Shown here piece by piece: positions 61,075 to 64,000 of a DNA stretch of 64,000 nucleotides. Within the stretch, counting starts at the first letter, position 1, and every line of letters starts with the position of its first letter. The stretch comes from Fervidobacterium sp. GTDB lineage: Bacteria; Thermotogota; Thermotogae; Thermotogales; Fervidobacteriaceae. Where the stretch lies: positions 288,001 through 352,000 of the forward strand of contig JBMFNR010000001.1 in NCBI GenBank assembly GCA_049970055.1. The letters are read 5' to 3'. The notes below the pieces were generated by a model. The model had not been told where the DNA came from. It did no database searches and worked only from the letters and a program-made list of their open reading frames with translations. The position numbers and the translations under genes are program-made.

Positions 61075-61550
61075 TCGTACACCCCCTTTAAAATCTTCTC
61101 AAATCGCCCGTAGAACGACTTTTTACTTTCCTCATCTGTTCCTGACACATCTATCCAGTGTACGTGAAGTTCATCTTCCACAACATCAAATGTAATTGTA
61201 CCAGGTGTGAGCGTAATAGAATTAGCAAGTGTCAACTTCGCAATATCTCCTTTCAGCGTTGTTTTAACTTTCACAAAACCTGGCTTGACGTTCCTTCCGG
61301 GAGTCAATACCCTTGACGCAACATCAACGTTCGCTTTAATCATTTCCCATATGAATACAGGAATGTACAGGAAAACAAATCTAAAAAGTCCACTTATAAC
61401 TTTGCCGTTAAAATGGATACGATAGTACTTTTTAAAAAGCATTGATACAACAAGTGAAACAATGAGACCAATGAGAACTTCTTGCCAATCTAAAGACCAA
61501 GTTAGTACAAGCCAAGTGAAAAAACTCACAATGAAAACAGAAAAATTCAT
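61071..61550 (-). CDS. mbxA: Mbx subunit A (MnhE-like)
   Basis: ANVDVA.RV, LANSITLTPGT, LHVHWI; GGGGG RBS. Confidence 0.92.
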   Translation of the reverse strand: MNFSVFIVSFFTWLVLTWSLDWQEVLIGLIVSLVVSMLFKKYYRIHFNGKVISGLFRFVFLYIPVFIWEMIKANVDVASRVLTPGRNVKPGFVKVKTTLKGDIAKLTLANSITLTPGTITFDVVEDELHVHWIDVSGTDEESKKSFYGRFEKILKGVYE

Positions 61551-61617
61551 CTGAAGCCCTCCCTTCACCTGTGACGCGTTATGCAGTTAATAACGCGTAT
61601 TTTTGCTAATATAATGA

Positions 61618-61635
61618 TTGTTTAAGATTTCACAA
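61618..61635. promoter_or_regulatory. Rex-like operator overlapping the putative mbx promoter
   Basis: TTGTTTA-AGAT-TTCACAA versus Rex consensus TTGTGAA-N4-TTCACAA (2 mismatches); minus-strand TATATT -10 candidate at 61608-61613. Confidence 0.55.
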
Positions 61636-61861
61636 ATAGGAAAAAAGAAAAATAGACATGAACAATCCATTTTACGTTTGAATTTTACCACATATTTTTT
61701 GAATTCCAAATTTAAAAAAATAGACAATATTGGTCTAAAATTCAAAATAGATGCAAATTTCAATGATAATGTGCTTCTTATAAAATGTTTGAGAATTGTA
61801 TTCTTATTTTCAATTATACCAGAAATGGTCTTCTGATCCAAATTTCATACACCCAGAAAGT

Positions 61862-61893
61862 AAAAAGCGGTGCTTTTTGAAAGCACCGCTTTT
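61862..61893 (-). terminator. Intrinsic terminator after pdxT
   Basis: AAAAAGCGGTGCTTT-TTG-AAAGCACCGCTTTT. Confidence 0.88.
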
Positions 61894-61919
61894 CGTTAAG
61901 TGTTTCCTTTAGTTTTTCC

Positions 61920-62495
61920 CTACTTTTTATATTCTTGAACCATCTTCAAAAAGTATTCATGTACCCTTGTATCATTTGTCAATTCTGGATGGAATGAAGT
62001 AACGAGTACATTATTTTGTCTTAACATGATGGGATGTCCATCCAAAACTGATAATACCTCTACATCTTTGCCCCATTCGTCTACTCTTGGTGCTCTTATG
62101 AATATGGCTTTGAAAGGTTTGTCAAAACCTTTTATTTCAACCATCTCATCAAAACTATCAACTTGTCTTCCATAAGCATTTCTCAAGACTTTTATATCTA
62201 TAACACCCAGGGATTCTTGTGGATAGTTTTCGATTTCTTTCGCAAGAACAATTAATCCTGCACATGTACCATAAACAGGTAAGCCGTTCTGTATTTTTTC
62301 TCTCAGCACTTCGAAAAGTTTTATTCTCTTCATTATTCTTATCATGGTTGTTGATTCTCCACCCGGAATTATCAATCCGTCGATCTTTTCCAGATCTTCG
62401 GGTGTTCTTACGATAAGTGTCTCATGACCAAGCTTTTCTATCATTAATTTGTGCTCTCTGAAATCTCCTTGTATACCTGAAACCCCTATTATCAT
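61920..62495 (-). CDS. pdxT: Pyridoxal 5'-phosphate synthase glutaminase subunit PdxT
   Basis: [40 protein letters not shown]. Confidence 0.97.
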   Translation of the reverse strand: MIIGVSGIQGDFREHKLMIEKLGHETLIVRTPEDLEKIDGLIIPGGESTTMIRIMKRIKLFEVLREKIQNGLPVYGTCAGLIVLAKEIENYPQESLGVIDIKVLRNAYGRQVDSFDEMVEIKGFDKPFKAIFIRAPRVDEWGKDVEVLSVLDGHPIMLRQNNVLVTSFHPELTNDTRVHEYFLKMVQEYKK

Positions 62496-62498
62496 CTC

Positions 62499-63374
62499 TT
62501 ACCAACCTCTTTCCTGGAGTCTAACCTCGAGTGTATCAATTTCTAAACCTTCCATAGGTTCTCCTATATCCTCTGATATTTTCAGAAGCATCTCTGGATC
62601 GTTCCAGTATGTCACGGCCATTACAATCGCTTTTGCCATCTTCATTGGGTCTTTTGATTTGAATATTCCGCTTCCAACGAATACTCCATCCGCACCGAGC
62701 ATCATCATAAGTGCTGCGTCTGCTGGCGTTGCTACTCCACCCGCTGCAAAATTAACTACTGGTAGTCTACCAAGTTCTTTTACTTGCTGGACAAGCTCTA
62801 CTGGTGCGCCGATTTCTTTTGCATATGATACTATCTCTTCATATGGCATGTTCTGTACTTTTCTGATTTCTGACATAACTGTTCTCATGTGTTTCACAGC
62901 TTCCACAACATTTCCTGTCCCAGCTTCACCTTTTGTCCTTATCATCGCAGCACCTTCTGCGATTCTTCTAAGTGCTTCGCCAAGGTTCCTTGCACCGCAG
63001 ACAAATGGTACTTTAAATTCGTGTTTATTGATGTGGTACTTATCATCAGCTGGTGTAAGAACTTCCGATTCGTCGATGAAATCTACTCCAAGTGCTTCAA
63101 GTATCCTTGCTTCCGCGATGTGACCGATTCTAACCTTTGCCATAACAGGAATTGAAACTGCTTCCATTATTTCTTTTATCTTTGCGATGCTTGCCATTCT
63201 TGCAACTCCGCCAGCTTTTCGTATATCCGCGGGAACTCTTTCAAGTGCCATGACAGCAACAGCACCTGCTTCTTCAGCTATCTTTGCCTGTTCTGCAGTG
63301 GTTACGTCCATGATTACTCCACCTTTGAACATCTCTGCAAAACCTTTCTTAATTTCAAATGTACCCTTTTCCAT
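62499..63374 (-). CDS. pdxS: Pyridoxal 5'-phosphate synthase lyase subunit PdxS
   Basis: [48 protein letters not shown]. Confidence 0.98.
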   Translation of the reverse strand: MEKGTFEIKKGFAEMFKGGVIMDVTTAEQAKIAEEAGAVAVMALERVPADIRKAGGVARMASIAKIKEIMEAVSIPVMAKVRIGHIAEARILEALGVDFIDESEVLTPADDKYHINKHEFKVPFVCGARNLGEALRRIAEGAAMIRTKGEAGTGNVVEAVKHMRTVMSEIRKVQNMPYEEIVSYAKEIGAPVELVQQVKELGRLPVVNFAAGGVATPADAALMMMLGADGVFVGSGIFKSKDPMKMAKAIVMAVTYWNDPEMLLKISEDIGEPMEGLEIDTLEVRLQERGW

Positions 63375-63437
63375 GTTGATCGCCTCCTTTTATACGTATT
63401 ATCCACATTATACGGCATCAATAAATCTCTCAATTGA

Positions 63438-64000
63438 TTAAACGATCACTGTCTCTGTGTATTCGCCGAATACCTCTCTAAGGGCGTTGCTTATTTCACC
63501 GACTGTTGCGTACAATTTCACAGCTTCAAGCACATACGGGAAAAGGTTTTCATCTGTCGACGCTACTTCTTTTATTTTGTCAAGCATTTTTTTGACTTTC
63601 TCGTTGTCTCTTTCCTCTCTTAATTTTTTGAGTCGTTGCTTTTGCTTCAACTCGAGTTCAGGGTCTACTTTGAGCACTTCTTTGTGTTTTAAATCTTCAT
63701 TAATTGTGAATTTGTTAACACCTACGATTATTTCTTCTCCCTTTTCAACTGCTAGTTGTTGTTTGTAGGCACTTTCATGGATTTCTTTCTGGACGTATCC
63801 CATTTCGATAGCTTTTACCATGCCACCAAGTTGATCAATTTTTTCTATATATTCTATTGCCCTTTTCTCTATCTCGTTTGTCATACTTTCTATAACATAA
63901 GAGCCTGCTAATGGATCGATGGTGTCGGCAACTCCTGATTCATACGCTATAATTTGCTGGGTTCTAAGGGCTATTCTTGCCGATTCTTCTGTTGGTAATG
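63438..64000 (-). CDS. Methylmalonyl-CoA mutase large (substrate-binding) subunit, C-terminal part; split type without a B12-binding domain
   Basis: Frame is open to the window edge: LPTEESARIALRTQQIIAYESGVADTIDPLAGSYVIE, IVGVNKF, ATVGEIS.ALREVFGEY. Confidence 0.93.
   Translation of the reverse strand, partial: LPTEESARIALRTQQIIAYESGVADTIDPLAGSYVIESMTNEIEKRAIEYIEKIDQLGGMVKAIEMGYVQKEIHESAYKQQLAVEKGEEIIVGVNKFTINEDLKHKEVLKVDPELELKQKQRLKKLREERDNEKVKKMLDKIKEVASTDENLFPYVLEAVKLYATVGEISNALREVFGEYTETVIV

Noticed and set aside
61587..61841. Overlapping 84-aa and 72-aa ORFs upstream of mbx
   Set aside because: Very AT-rich promoter region; no RBS or recognisable protein features.
62449..63123. 224-aa plus-strand ORF
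   Set aside because: Antisense in-register shadow of the highly conserved pdxS; no RBS or motif. The same applies to the many short antisense ORFs inside eno, polC, pmbA, liv and mbx genes.

Overview
AT-rich bacterial chromosomal window whose gene content (PolC, secG-tyrS-ompA-ompB 'toga' locus, 13-gene Mbx complex, split methylmalonyl-CoA mutase) points to Thermotogota, probably Fervidobacterium-like (inference). It is mostly housekeeping: rlmN (partial) with two further radical SAM genes, M42 peptidase, comEA, an SBP/histidine kinase/HD-GYP signalling trio, tldD/pmbA, mutL, flgBC-fliE, rpsO-queA-ruvC-polC, secG-tyrS-ompA-ompB, eno, GH13 amylase, murD, tRNA-Pro(GGG), a peptide-binding protein, a cold-shock gene, a liv ABC operon, mbx, pdxST and a partial MCM gene. 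Main non-routine observations: (1) a ~9.1 kb liv + decayed proA-proB-proC block bounded by an identical 34-bp direct repeat that is itself an intrinsic terminator; (2) all three proline biosynthesis genes are pseudogenes; (3) a LipS1-like radical SAM gene upstream of rlmN; (4) an SLH-less Omp-alpha paralogue with reordered sequence modules; (5) an Mbx/MBS-like complex whose MbxN is fused to a GltD-like flavin/NAD(P)H module, with a Rex-like operator; (6) an uncharacterised large lipoprotein plus beta-barrel-like gene pair; (7) a VanZ pseudogene missed by the ORF track. No CRISPR array, rRNA, transposase or integrase was seen. All family assignments come from motif recognition by eye, not database searches.
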